Counted from the whole stretch's first letter, positions 12,602-26,071 are shown. The stretch: DNA of 63,516 nt, filler included, from Lama guanicoe (GCA_013239625.1; 131 parts of 131 records of this genome joined end to end with filler, not necessarily neighbours in it); one strand, 5' to 3'. Program-made: numbers and translations. The notes: generated by a model not told the origin, from the letters alone.

Positions 12602-12986
12602 GCCTTTCTGGTGAATCAACTAAATATCCTGGTGTTAATGACATTTCTCCACCCTTCTGGTATGTAAATCTATTATCTGCCAGCCCTGTGTATTTCTACT
12701 ATCTTGTCCTCTTAATGCTGCAGTGGCTACTCTTTGATAAGATTTTCACAGTCTCAAGTTGTGCAAGCATAACTACATCTTATCTTGTTTAGAAGCTGAT
12801 CTTTAAAGTCATGCTCCCTATGACACCTGACATTTGTAGTCATGAGGTCATAACCCCAAGAATATTTACTAAATCTGTTATGCCTTTGCCAGTTGATTTG
12901 TCAATTCTATCATGTATTTTCTATAAGCGTGCAAAACTAATATTGGCAGAGGATATTAAAGGCTAATTTATCATGTTCAAACAGTA
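12602..12986 (+). repeat. Low-copy repeat, copy A (paralogue of 61182-61568)
   Basis: Same first and last base as contig 61182-61568; manual alignment gives ~22 substitutions plus one 2-bp indel (~94% identity). Confidence 0.97.
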
Positions 12987-14056
12987 NNNNNNNNNNNNNN
13001 NNNNNNNNNNNNNNNNNNNNNNNNNNNNNNTTAATTAATTAANNNNNNNNNNNNNNNNNNNNNNNNNNNNNNNNNNNNNNNNNNNNGGGACCCTGTGGAC
13101 CACACCCTCTTCTCAAAATTCTCTCTTCAGTTTTGTTAACACTCCAGTTCCCTAATGGACCTCCTCTGCTCCTGTCCAGTCTGCATGGATTCCACTTCCT
13201 TCTACTGCCTGACAAAGGGGAGTGTGAGCCAAGACTCCATTTCAAGTCATGGCTTTGAATCCCTTCCCCGCCTCCCCGGTATGTGCTCCCATTTCTCTGG
13301 GAGAAAATTCATGATAGTCAGCACTAACAGAGACTGGGCTTGAGAAAAAAATCCAGCCAGAAGGCCTGGCTTCAGCCTATGGTTCCACTGACTTAACAGC
13401 TGCGCACCCGTGGGCATGCAACACCCTGCAACTCCATAAAAGTGAAGAGCTTTCTAATGCTCTTTTTTTTTNNNNNNNNNNNNNNNNNNNNNNNNNNNNN
13501 NNNNNNNNNNNNNNNTTAATTAATTAANNNNNNNNNNNNNNNNNNNNNNNNNNNNNNNNNNNNNNNNNNNNGTCTAAAAATTAGACCTATCTTCAGTTTT
13601 TCATCTTCAAATTAAACCCACATAACTATGAAATGCAGCAAATGAATCATTGTGTCATAGGTAGTCAATAGCATGTTTTTGTTACTTTATATATTCTCAT
13701 TTATCCTTCATCCTCTAACATGGTCCTTTGTCTTGGTGTTTTAGGTTAAAAAGTGGAATTTTTGAGGCTATATGAATAATATCATCATAGAAGCAATGTA
13801 ACTCAAGTGCCGTTTACCATTTAGACTTATTGATATGCAATATAGCACTTAATATTCCCACAAAAAACTGCTAAAAGTGGCCCAGGGAAGGACATGAAAG
13901 GTAAGATGGAGTGTCTTACTCAAGTCCCAGAGTGTAGTCTTCTGATTTTAAATTTGNNNNNNNNNNNNNNNNNNNNNNNNNNNNNNNNNNNNNNNNNNNN
14001 TTAATTAATTAANNNNNNNNNNNNNNNNNNNNNNNNNNNNNNNNNNNNNNNNNNNN

Positions 14057-14329
14057 AAAATAACAGGCCAAAGGAAAGCAGTTAGTAAAGTCGGCTATGT
14101 GGCGCCCCCTCCAGGCTGACAGGGTCTCAAGTTGTCTCTGAGAATTAACCTTTGCCCCTCCTGGTACAGAGGGGAGGAAGAATACTTTTGAAAATTTATA
14201 TCCTGCTTTTAGGCAAAGAGGAGGAGGGGAGGGACCTTTTCTTGCATCTGCATCTTTTAAATTGTTTTCAGCTCAAAACACTTCTGCCAAAGTGGCACAT
14301 TTTGGGCTGGCAGACCCTGCTATCTTACA
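14057..14329 (-). mobile_element. MER34-like ERV1 LTR 5' portion
   Basis: AAATTTATATCCTGCTTTTAGGCAAAG...TTCAGCTCAAAA...TGCCAAAGTGGCACATTTTGGG...ACA terminus. Confidence 0.7.
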
Positions 14330-15511
14330 TTATAAAAGATCAAAAATGGTTTAACACAAAATTTGATAACCACCAAATGAATTTTTAAAAATTGGACATT
14401 TTGGGGCTAAAAATCTGAAAGAAAGTAAAATGGTAAAAAAANNNNNNNNNNNNNNNNNNNNNNNNNNNNNNNNNNNNNNNNNNNNTTAATTAATTAANNN
14501 NNNNNNNNNNNNNNNNNNNNNNNNNNNNNNNNNNNNNNNNNCTTTTTCCGTCTTTCCAACGCTACTTTCTTTAACAGGCCTGATTAATTCACTCAACATG
14601 TCACAAGAGAGTAGAAAACAGGGACAAGACCAGTGGACTTGAGATCAGAAACCCTGGTCTGAGAATATGACATTGCCACTCACTGTGAGACCGAGGCCAA
14701 ATTAATCCCTTTTGGTCCTCAGTTTCTTATTCTGTTACCTGAAGCGAATAACCTCTGCCTTGATTCAGGTGGCCATCATGTAGACTGCATTCCAGCGTCC
14801 CTTCCACCTTTCCCTCCTCCCCACTCAGCAGCCAGTGAGCTGTGAGTGGGACTGACCACTCCCCAGACCCAGAGTGGGTTCCTACTTGGTCTAAGTTTAT
14901 GGGTTAATTTCATCCCATTTACCAGCNNNNNNNNNNNNNNNNNNNNNNNNNNNNNNNNNNNNNNNNNNNNTTAATTAATTAANNNNNNNNNNNNNNNNNN
15001 NNNNNNNNNNNNNNNNNNNNNNNNNNTACAGCATACTGAGCAAACTTTTTCTTCTACTTTCTAACATCTCAGAATTTTTTATATAAGAATGGATTCAGAA
15101 AGGTGAACTTTTTGAAAACGACGCACCTCAGAGGAGGCTAGGCTGAGGAGAGGCTTACAGAATGGTCCGCTGTCTCACTGCAGACGCTAACTCGGCTCCA
15201 GCTGACTGCCAGCTTCTCAGGGGCAGGAGCTGTGTCCCTCATATCCCCAGACTTACCTTATTAAATAACTATTCATAACTTCATCAAAACGGAAAAAGAG
15301 CCGGGAACAGGAACATGGGGACACTCTTGATTCATGATGGAGCCAACTCTGTGGGTCCAGCGCCTCTGCTGGCCGCACCCCAGCCTTCACTGTCTTGTGC
15401 TTGCTTCTTGCNNNNNNNNNNNNNNNNNNNNNNNNNNNNNNNNNNNNNNNNNNNNTTAATTAATTAANNNNNNNNNNNNNNNNNNNNNNNNNNNNNNNNN
15501 NNNNNNNNNNN

Positions 15512-15893
15512 ATTTTTTATTGAGTTATAATCATTTTACAATGCTGTGTCAAATTCCAGTATAGAGCACATTTTTCTGGTCATACAGGAACATACGTATA
15601 TTTATTGTTACATTTTCTTCTCCATGAGCTACCATAAGATCTTGTATATGTTTCGGTGTGCTATACAGTATAATCTTGTTTATCCATTCTGCATTTTGAA
15701 ATCCCATTCTGTCGCCTCCCACCCCCTGCCCCACTGGCAACCACAAGTTTGTATTCTCTGTCTGTGAGTCTGTTTCTTGTTTGTATGTATGTTTTTATTG
15801 TTTTTATTGTTTCATGTTTTTAGATTTCACATATGAGCGGTCCTGTATGGTATTTTTCTTTCTCTTTCTGGATTACTTCACTTAGAATGACAT
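15512..15893 (-). mobile_element. LINE-1 3' UTR, camelid/artiodactyl type
   Basis: Starts at the tail (TTTTTTATTGAGTTATA), then CATTTTACAATG..GTGTCAAATTCCAG, GGCAACCACAAGTTTGTATTCT, TTACTTCACTTAGAATGAC. Confidence 0.9.
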
Positions 15894-16478
15894 NNNNNNN
15901 NNNNNNNNNNNNNNNNNNNNNNNNNNNNNNNNNNNNNTTAATTAATTAANNNNNNNNNNNNNNNNNNNNNNNNNNNNNNNNNNNNNNNNNNNNTTGGAAA
16001 ACAGTCAGTGGGAAGACAACTTGGTGAGAAAAAGCTATAGAGCCATCAAAGGGAGATAAGAGACTGGGGCCCTTCGTTCCCTGGCTCCGCTCGGCCTGTC
16101 AGGGAGGCCTGTCCGTGGGCCGACCCCGGACACCGCGGTGTGGGCCGAGCTCGGGGGATGCCCGAGGGCGACCACACGCCTGATGTCTGCGTGAAGGCTT
16201 CAGTGCTTGACTGCGAACCGTGTGTCGCCTGGCACTTGGGAAGCCCGGGGGCACAGGTTATCGGACAGAAAGCCTTTTCGGTGGTGGCTGCCTGTGGGGT
16301 GATCGGGGTTTGCGGTATACAGGCACACATTCATGTTCGTAAAAGAATTCTTTTTTCTTCTTTTCGTTTAATAACCAGNNNNNNNNNNNNNNNNNNNNNN
16401 NNNNNNNNNNNNNNNNNNNNNNTTAATTAATTAANNNNNNNNNNNNNNNNNNNNNNNNNNNNNNNNNNNNNNNNNNNN

Positions 16479-16785
16479 ACAAAACAGAAACAGACTCACA
16501 GACATAGTAAACAAACTTGTGGTTACCAGTGGGGTAAGGGGGTGGGGAAGTGGGAAGGGATAAGTTGGAAATTTGAGATTTACAAATACTAACAACTATA
16601 TATAAAATGCACAAAAAACAAATTTCTTCTATATAGCACAGGGAACTATATTTAGTACCTTGTAGTAACCTATAATGAAGAAGAATATAAAAATGAATAT
16701 ATGTATATGTCTGACTGAAACATTATGCTGTACACCAGAAACTGACATGCTGTAACTGACTATACTTCAATTTAATTAAATATAT
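16479..16785 (+). mobile_element. LINE-1 3' UTR, second type
   Basis: ACAGACTCACAGACATAG...AACTTGTGGTTACC, TATAGCACAGGGAACTATAT, GCTGTACACCAGAAAC...TGACTATACTTCAAT. Confidence 0.9.
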
Positions 16786-17152
16786 AAATATAGAAAGAGA
16801 GTATAGTATAGCCTACATAGTATAGTCTATTCTATACTCTGTAGAAATATAAAATATTTTNNNNNNNNNNNNNNNNNNNNNNNNNNNNNNNNNNNNNNNN
16901 NNNNTTAATTAATTAANNNNNNNNNNNNNNNNNNNNNNNNNNNNNNNNNNNNNNNNNNNNGAATACCAAGATACGAGAGGAAGACATGGCTCATCTCATT
17001 CATCTTCTCTTATGAGTAAGTAACTGAGGATGGGCATGCAGTGTATTATGTGGTGGTCCAAGAGGAATTGTCACATGGCATCCAATGGTAACCTGTCCCA
17101 GATGAAGAGAGACCTTATGGTCCTTGAGGAATACCTCAAGGAAACAAGGGGT

Positions 17153-17345
17153 TGTCAATGAAGAATATTGCCAGTCATAGCAGTAAACAAAGAATACTGT
17201 GGCCATCAAGTCATCAGCCAGCACCGCCACCTCCCTGACAGTGAGCAGATGGAATTCAGGATGCAGACAAGCAGACAGCCTGCCTCTGCAGCCACCCACA
17301 ACGGTACAGCCTGAGGGAATTCAAGATATGAAAGAACAGGATACT
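17153..17345 (+). mobile_element. ERV1 LTR 5' portion (same family as 30058-30318 and 59235-59363)
   Basis: TG start; CAGTAAACAA...GCCATCAAGTCATCAGCC...CTGAGGGAATTCAAG matches the reverse complements of two other contigs in the window. Confidence 0.7.
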
Positions 17346-18458
17346 NNNNNNNNNNNNNNNNNNNNNNNNNNNNNNNNNNNNNNNNNNNNTTAATTAATTA
17401 ANNNNNNNNNNNNNNNNNNNNNNNNNNNNNNNNNNNNNNNNNNNNGGGGGAAAAAAAAAAGAACTGAGGCAAATCGTAGGTTTTATCTAATCTCTGGAAG
17501 CCATTTTAGCAGGATACACTAGGGAAGAAAACTTTTCATCACCCCTAAGCCTCTGAGGATGTGAAAAAGGCTTCACTTCATTGGAGGGGTCGACATGAGG
17601 GCAGAGCCCTAAAGGTGAGCTAGCTTCCCAAGTTACAGTCCCCAGAACCTCCTGACTCTATGCTGCGCTCACTTCTGTTTCTGACACAACTTTTGCTTGC
17701 TGTTATTCATTTTCTCCCAGTGAACGGTAAGTCTAACAACTAGTAAGGGAATCTCTTTATCCTCAAGGCAGTGAAGACTCATCGAGTAAGGATCTAACAG
17801 CTCCCATCACTTCCTGTCTTACTTTTCCTGNNNNNNNNNNNNNNNNNNNNNNNNNNNNNNNNNNNNNNNNNNNNTTAATTAATTAANNNNNNNNNNNNNN
17901 NNNNNNNNNNNNNNNNNNNNNNNNNNNNNNCACATCTTTAGAGATTATTTTTAAAATAGGCCTGCTGTTCTAGCATAAATAGGGGGATGCCACTGTGTCT
18001 CACTGGAATAAAATATTTATCCGGATAGTAGGACTCCTATCTTTTCATTAACAGTAATTTTTTGCATCTCCCTTTGTGGCAAATATTGGCACCTGATGAC
18101 TTTTTGAAAGTCATCTAAATAGTCATCACTTGTATTTCTTACCTGTATGAGTATTTATCACCTATTTTAGGGAGAAAGAAACATTTCTTTCTCATTCCTG
18201 ATATTTTCTTCCCTGTAGGATGCGCTCCACTAGTTACCATGCTTGTCCCTCTCTACCTCTTCACTCACCTGAGTGTCAGTATTGAAATAAACTGGGTCGG
18301 GAAACTTGGCCTCTTNNNNNNNNNNNNNNNNNNNNNNNNNNNNNNNNNNNNNNNNNNNNTTAATTAATTAANNNNNNNNNNNNNNNNNNNNNNNNNNNNN
18401 NNNNNNNNNNNNNNNAATGAAAACCTAAGCATGGCTCCGGCCTTACGCAAGTACTCAC

Positions 18459-18557
18459 CTGATTAGCGTGTCTCACATTCACTGCATAATCTTCATTACT
18501 CAGGACACCAGCTCGTTTTCTGTACGTCTGGGTCTGGGTGACGACAGCAGCAGTAGA
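18459..18557 (-). CDS. Putative internal coding exon (99 nt, phase 0-0) of an unidentified gene: STAAVVTQTQTYRKRAGVLSNEDYAVNVRHANQ
   Basis: Minus strand: acceptor tttatcttttgcAG, 33 open codons, consensus donor CAG|GTGAGT. Confidence 0.7.
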
Positions 18558-19129
18558 CTGCAAAAGATAAACACGTTCTTTAAAATGGTGCCCCAGATAA
18601 ACCTACTTAAAAAGAAAGAAGGATGTAAAGTCTCTAATATTAAAAAATAAACTGAAATATTATGCTACGTTTTCACTGTAAAATTCTTTGTTTTTAAAGG
18701 TTAATGGCAACAACACAGGAAGGAGAACTAACCTCAAAACCTTAAAAGTATAGAAAATTTCTGAGGCATTTCCGAATGAATCCCATGTAACAATTTACTG
18801 NNNNNNNNNNNNNNNNNNNNNNNNNNNNNNNNNNNNNNNNNNNNTTAATTAATTAANNNNNNNNNNNNNNNNNNNNNNNNNNNNNNNNNNNNNNNNNNNN
18901 GAGCTACACCTGTTAGAAAGGCACAGATGGGCTTCCTGTCATTCTCACCCACATCCCAGCCCTTCAAACATTGGAGGGCAGTTCTGCGGCCTGTCCCACA
19001 TGTGTTGGTACCACTCCCGTAGAGCCTTCCCACTACTGGTGTCCCATCTCTCAGTGAGGGGCTCTCTCTGAAGCCCTGGGCGCAGCCCTCGGTCAACGAC
19101 AGATCCCCTGGAGCCCTCACCCCTTGAGG

Positions 19130-19285
19130 GCATCACTGAGCTGTGTCCTCTGTGCCATCTCCCAGAGTTTCTCTGCAGCAGTAAGCCCTGGGTACCCACA
19201 GGGGAAGCTGGCTGGATAACACCCTCTACTGGCGGCCTTCCCATCACTGTCTTCCTTCCCCACTGCCCTTCCCAGGTTTTTGTAC
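19130..19285 (+). mobile_element. LTR16-like (ERVL) LTR fragment
   Basis: GGCTGGATAACACCCTCT...CCTTCCC...CTGTCTTCCTTCCCCACTGCCC resembles the LTR16 3' part. Confidence 0.5.
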
Positions 19286-19870
19286 NNNNNNNNNNNNNNN
19301 NNNNNNNNNNNNNNNNNNNNNNNNNNNNNTTAATTAATTAANNNNNNNNNNNNNNNNNNNNNNNNNNNNNNNNNNNNNNNNNNNNCATTGTTACTTAGGC
19401 CCTTTATAGACAGCATCAAGACAATAATTCAAGTGGGTAAATTCAGTCAGTGAACGGTTAACTCTGAATAGTGAGGAGCAGGGTGGTTTGTGCTGGGCTG
19501 TCAAGCCTCTGCCACGGTCACGGTCACCGTCACGTCCGTGCCTCTTCTGAAGGAAACAGCCCTGCAGAAGGGGCCTCCCTAGAGAGCAAGTGACTCCCCA
19601 CCCCAGGCAGCACCCCCTAAACAGGCTGACAACTATGAGGTGGCTGGTCGCAGAACGGAGCTGGGTCCGACAGACACAGCTGTGCTCTTGTACTCTGCCT
19701 TATCCAGTCTTGTGTAAAGTTTAAAAGAAAAACACAGGAGGAACAGAAGCTGACTGCCTGTAAAACAAGGNNNNNNNNNNNNNNNNNNNNNNNNNNNNNN
19801 NNNNNNNNNNNNNNTTAATTAATTAANNNNNNNNNNNNNNNNNNNNNNNNNNNNNNNNNNNNNNNNNNNN

Positions 19871-20000
19871 GAGATGTGTTTAGTGTCTTAGTGGTGATGA
19901 TGTCATGAGTGTGTGTCTCTGTCCAGTCATCAAGATGTATACATTAAATGTGTGCAGTTTTTCTTTTTTTGTATGTCACTTATACTCCAATAAAGGCTTA
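19871..20000 (+). mobile_element. Old L1M 3' end
   Basis: GTGGTGATG...GTATACATTAAATGTGTGCAGTTT...TATACTCCAATAAAG. Confidence 0.65.
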
Positions 20001-20176
20001 CCTAACAGTCATCCTGTACTGTAATTTAGGATTGATATTCTGTTGGCCACACTATACTGTAAACTTCTTGATAAGTAAAAGCTTTTAACTTTCTCAAAAC
20101 CTTTGAAGCAATTTGTAAGCATACTATATTGTGGAAGGCACCACACTTGATATCTTTGCATATTGCTTCATTATTT

Positions 20177-20255
20177 TTATATATATATATATATATAAAT
20201 TATTTATATATATTTATATATTAAAATATTTCTAAATCTGTATTTATAAATATAT
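20177..20255. repeat. (TA)n microsatellite / AT-rich tract
   Basis: Direct observation; the contig ends in it. Confidence 0.9.
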
Positions 20256-20355
20256 NNNNNNNNNNNNNNNNNNNNNNNNNNNNNNNNNNNNNNNNNNNNT
20301 TAATTAATTAANNNNNNNNNNNNNNNNNNNNNNNNNNNNNNNNNNNNNNNNNNNN

Positions 20356-20735
20356 ACAAATGGCCAATAGGCACTTGAAAAAATGCTCAATATCACTAAC
20401 TATCAAAGAAATGCAAATCAAAACTACAATGAGGTATCACCTCACCGGTCAGAATGGCCATCATTCAAACGTCCATGAACGATATATGCTGAAGAGGCTG
20501 TGGAGAAAAGGGAACACGCCTACACTGTTGGTGGGAGTGTAGTTTGGTGCAGCCATTACGGAAAACAGTATGAAGACTCCTCAAAAAACAAAAAATAGAC
20601 TTCCCATATGATCCAGCAACCTCTCTCCTGGGCATATATCCTGAGGGAACTTTAATTTGAAAAGACACCTGCACCCCAATGTTCACAGCAGGACTATTTA
20701 CAATAACCAAGACATGGAAACAACCTAAATGTCCA
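20356..20735 (+). mobile_element. LINE-1 ORF2 C-terminal cysteine-rich region, frameshifted
   Basis: [28 protein letters not shown] followed by the RGCGEKG..LHCWWEC-type region and CCCATATGATCCAGCAA. Confidence 0.95.
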
Positions 20736-21825
20736 NNNNNNNNNNNNNNNNNNNNNNNNNNNNNNNNNNNNNNNNNNNNTTAATTAATTAANNNNNNNNN
20801 NNNNNNNNNNNNNNNNNNNNNNNNNNNNNNNNNNNTCCTACAAGGATTTGCATCCAAGGGGAGAATTCTTACCCTAACCTCTGTCTAACGTGGTGTGGAA
20901 ACATAACAGGAAGGAATGTCATCCCTGGCAAGGCTCCTCGTGCTGGGGAGTGCTGGTGCAGAGGAAGTTTTTAGTGCTGCTAGAGGTGTTGCTGTGGGCA
21001 CCGATGCATGGAAGCCAGATACAGTGGAAGGAAAATAATGAAAAATGCTGATTAGGGGCTCAGAGAAAGGAATGGAACATTTGTGCTCAACAATAAAATG
21101 TAATGCTCTGTTAATCTATTTCTTGGCTGTCCTTACTCTGTAGGTTTTTAAAATACACTTTTGTTCCTCATTTAGTTCCTTACACTAAATTTCCTCCTTT
21201 CTCATCACTTTTCCCTATTTNNNNNNNNNNNNNNNNNNNNNNNNNNNNNNNNNNNNNNNNNNNNTTAATTAATTAANNNNNNNNNNNNNNNNNNNNNNNN
21301 NNNNNNNNNNNNNNNNNNNNATATATATATATATTCAAGTATATATATATACTTTGATGATCCTTTGATTTCTTTTACCAAATATACAATCCCTTTATGT
21401 GCATGGCCTGAACAGCAACTCTGCGTAGCTTTCAGAGAAAGATAAGTCTAGGAACCCTGTTTCACTTGAGTAAGCAGAGAATAAAGAGGTAATTCGAGGC
21501 TACTTCAGTGAATAACATATCCCTTAAAGATTTCTAGGAGAGATCTTCACTCTGTAAGACCCTGTATAGTAACAACTGAACAAAAAGATTTCAGCTAAGC
21601 TGAGACTGCGGTGTCCTGTTGAACCTCTGGTCAATAAGCCAGTTACAAATCACATCAGCCTAACATACCTTCACAAACTGGCATCTTGGTCCAAAAAGTT
21701 TTCTGNNNNNNNNNNNNNNNNNNNNNNNNNNNNNNNNNNNNNNNNNNNNTTAATTAATTAANNNNNNNNNNNNNNNNNNNNNNNNNNNNNNNNNNNNNNN
21801 NNNNNTGGTTTCACACCACGGGGGC

Positions 21826-21930
21826 CTCGCCCCTGGAGAGTCTAATTTAATTGGCCAGGGAGGGGGGGTGTGGACTCGGCACCGGTGTTTTCACTCCTGC
21901 TCAGGTGATTTTAATGTGCGGCCATGACAT
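21826..21930. mobile_element. MER5A-like fragment
   Basis: AGAGTCTAATTTAATTGG...CAGGTGATTTTAATGTGC. Confidence 0.5.
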
Positions 21931-22920
21931 AACCATGGGGCCCACGGATTTTCGAGGTGGGAAGGTGGGGATTAACACTTGGGAAGTCCTTGCCTCGCCC
22001 TCGTTTCAGTAAGCTGGGTGCTGCCACGGTAACTGTCCACAGAGAATGTTGATGGTGGACAAACCTCCCGTACCTTCCGGGAACCCTGAAATAGGAAGGT
22101 GTGAGTGAAGGCCCCGAGGTCTCCTGAGAAGTGCGGAGCCCGTTCATTTCAGTGTCAGAGCTGTTGAACAGAGACGAAGTGCACCCCACCNNNNNNNNNN
22201 NNNNNNNNNNNNNNNNNNNNNNNNNNNNNNNNNNTTAATTAATTAANNNNNNNNNNNNNNNNNNNNNNNNNNNNNNNNNNNNNNNNNNNNACATTGCGAG
22301 CCAGATACAAGACATTTTCCAGAAAATAAAGAACAAAGCACAAAAATGTATGTAACATATATGTACACGTATGGACAATTCATGTAACAAACATACAAAT
22401 ATATTTGCAAATGAACAACAGCAACAATGAAAAAGAAAGAAAGAAGGGAAGAAAGGATGGAAGAAAGAAAACCGCAAAAATGCTTACATTTGTTAGGTAA
22501 TTTTTTGTGTTTTATTTTCCAAATTTTATGTAATATGAATGTAACCGCATGAAGAAATTTTGTTCTCAACCACTGTGGAAAAGTTCATAAAAAGGAAGAG
22601 GAAGGAATGGGGAAGGATGAGGGACTGTTGACATTTGGATTACATTACATTTAAAAATAACTTTATTTTTCAGTANNNNNNNNNNNNNNNNNNNNNNNNN
22701 NNNNNNNNNNNNNNNNNNNTTAATTAATTAANNNNNNNNNNNNNNNNNNNNNNNNNNNNNNNNNNNNNNNNNNNNTAAGTTTAATTAGGTCCCATTCATT
22801 AATTTTTGCTTTTATTTTTATTGCCTGGGTAGATGGCACATGGCATTATTTAATTCTTTTTTATGGCTGAGTAATATTCCACTGTATATATACCACATCT
22901 TCTTTATCCCATCATCACAA

Positions 22921-23127
22921 CCAGCCATCTTTTATGCTGTGTCCTCACATAGAAAAAGTGGTGAAGGGGCTCTCTAGGGTCTCTTTTATAAATGCTCTGA
23001 TCTAATTCATTTATAAGGATTCTACCCTCATGACCCAAGCACTTCCCAAAGACCACACCTTCCAGTAACATCACACTGGGGATTAGGTATTCAGCATAAG
23101 AATTTTGGGAAACACAGTCTCTAGCAT
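22921..23127 (-). mobile_element. MLT1A-like MaLR LTR, preceded by antisense L1 pieces (22776-22910)
   Basis: GCTGTGTCCTCACAT...CTCTTTTATAA...ACCCTCATGACC...CCCAAAGACCACACC...CATCACACTGGGGATTAGG. Confidence 0.8.
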
Positions 23128-23745
23128 GGGTCCAGGAAGTAGAAGAACCACAGCCACAATNNNNNNNNNNNNNNNNNNNNNNNNNNNNNNNNNNNNNNNN
23201 NNNNTTAATTAATTAANNNNNNNNNNNNNNNNNNNNNNNNNNNNNNNNNNNNNNNNNNNNGGCTCTCTGCTGTTGACCTCTGCCGGCTCCGTGAGGGCTG
23301 CTCACGTGCTAGGGGTCTCCCTCAGTCACAGAGAAAAGCATCTTGGGGGAGGGCGATAAAGTCACTGTCAACAGCTGTCTCAACGGTACACGCAAAGTAA
23401 GAGATTCTAGCAGCAGAAGCTGAGCAAAGGCCGGGGAGAGCCCCCTTTCCGAAGAGCACGGTCCTCGGTCGCTGCAGCTTGACTTTGCCCCGGGGACACG
23501 TGTCTGGTCTCTCTCAGCATTGCTCAGTCCTGCACCCAACTGGCACTGGATAAAAAATATTCCATGCCTGCTTCCCTCACAAGGGAAGTTGCTGCTTAAC
23601 CACGGAATGAACAGCACATGCAAATCTGTGACTCTCAGGATGGAGNNNNNNNNNNNNNNNNNNNNNNNNNNNNNNNNNNNNNNNNNNNNTTAATTAATTA
23701 ANNNNNNNNNNNNNNNNNNNNNNNNNNNNNNNNNNNNNNNNNNNN

Positions 23746-24130
23746 TGCCTGAAATTCTTTTTATTGTGTCTTCCTTGATTGAAAGTTTGGTGGAATATCA
23801 ATTTCTAGGCTGAACAGGACTTTCCAGTAAAACTTTGAAACAATTCCGGCCTTGTCATCTGGCATCCATTGTCGCTTCTGAGAAGTCAGGTACCATTCTG
23901 ATTTTTACTCCTTGTTGGTTAGTTGTAGCTGTCTCATTTCTAAAATATTCTCCCCATTTTTGATGCTCTAAAATTTTAGTGATAGATCCAAGGTGATCCT
24001 TTTTCATTTAAGTTGGCCCTCATTTGAAGACACTCTCAATTCCATGTTTCCTGTTAATAATAAGAAATTATATTATTTCTTTGATAATTTCCTCTCCTCT
24101 TGTTTCTTTGGTGCTCTTTCTAAAATCTGT
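23746..24130 (-). mobile_element. Old L1ME/HAL1-type ORF1 region, decayed
   Basis: CATCTGGCATCCATTGTCGCTTCTGAGAAGTCAG...CATTCTGATT. Confidence 0.55.
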
Positions 24131-24715
24131 NNNNNNNNNNNNNNNNNNNNNNNNNNNNNNNNNNNNNNNNNNNNTTAATTAATTAANNNNNNNNNNNNNN
24201 NNNNNNNNNNNNNNNNNNNNNNNNNNNNNNTCGTCTCACCTTTTATTGGTCTGTCATGTGGTGAGCAGGACATATTTAGACTCAGTAACAGCACCTCACA
24301 CCTTCCCAGTACTTTTATTTCCTGTCTCAGAAAAGAGCCAAACAATAACATAGTAAAAGATACTCAACTCTATTATAATCAGAGAAATATAATCAAATGT
24401 GAAAAGCTATTTTCCCACCTATCAAACTGTTAAACACTTGCAAACACGTTCCCAGTGTTGGAAAACCTGTTGGGAAGCCTTCAAAGGCTGCCGGTGGTGG
24501 TGGCCTGTAAATGGTATGACATCTTTGGAAAGCATCCATTTGTTAGTATCTATCAAAATTTTTATGTGCAAACCCTCCAACCAGAAAACTAAGGTCTACA
24601 GAGAAAGTTTTACTCNNNNNNNNNNNNNNNNNNNNNNNNNNNNNNNNNNNNNNNNNNNNTTAATTAATTAANNNNNNNNNNNNNNNNNNNNNNNNNNNNN
24701 NNNNNNNNNNNNNNN

Positions 24716-24800
24716 TTTAAGTGGAGGTACCGGGAATGAGCACACGGAATTCGGCATGCTAAGCAAGCATTCTGTTTACCACTAACCTATATCCTTCCCC
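24716..24800 (-). mobile_element. Vic-1-like tRNA-derived SINE, degenerate
   Basis: GGAGGTAC...GCATGCTAAGCA...ACCACT..CTATATCC matches the cleaner copies at 53396 and 54856. Confidence 0.6.
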
Positions 24801-25200
24801 GAGTAAACTAGCTTCTCGGCATAGATAAAATAAAATACAAAAAAACTCTTTCACCGTTCACTACCTTACAAAACATGTTACTTTGCTGAAGCGCGGAAGA
24901 CCTTTGAGGCTTTCTTCCCCGTATCACACTAAGTCTCACATCAGACCGAGTGGGAGACAGGTCTCAGGGACCCTTGACTGAAGAGACCACAGGCCACGGG
25001 TTCGGGTGTTTCTTCCATAACCGATCATCGGCTGTGGAAGGTCAGGGCTCCACTCGCTGCCGACAGTGACAGGGGCGGGCTTCTCCTCCAGGGAGCCCGG
25101 NNNNNNNNNNNNNNNNNNNNNNNNNNNNNNNNNNNNNNNNNNNNTTAATTAATTAANNNNNNNNNNNNNNNNNNNNNNNNNNNNNNNNNNNNNNNNNNNN

Positions 25201-25585
25201 ATATATGTACTCAAAATAGGAGCACCTAATTACATAAAGCAAATATTAATAGATATAAAGGGAGAAATATACAGTAACACAATAATCTTAGGGGAATTTA
25301 AAAACCCATTTACTTCAATGGACAGATCATTCAGACAGAAAATTAATAAGGAGACATTGGCCTTAAGTGACACATTAGACCAGTGGAATTTAATTGATAT
25401 ATAGAGAACATTCCAACTGAAAGTAGCAGAATACATATTCTTTTAAGTGTACATGGAACATTCTCGAGGCTAGATCATATACTAGGCCACAAAACAAACC
25501 ACAATAAATTGTAAGAAAATTGAAGTATCAAGCAGCTTTTCTGACAACAATGCTATGAAACTACATATTGACTACAAGAAAAAAA
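25201..25585 (+). mobile_element. LINE-1 ORF2 endonuclease domain fragment
   Basis: Translates IGAPNYIKQILIDIKGEI.SNTIILG.F..P.TSMDRS.RQKINKET.AL.DTLDQ..LIDIYRTF; disrupted near 25440. Confidence 0.95.
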
Positions 25586-25685
25586 NNNNNNNNNNNNNNN
25601 NNNNNNNNNNNNNNNNNNNNNNNNNNNNNTTAATTAATTAANNNNNNNNNNNNNNNNNNNNNNNNNNNNNNNNNNNNNNNNNNNN

Positions 25686-26071
<386 letters not shown>

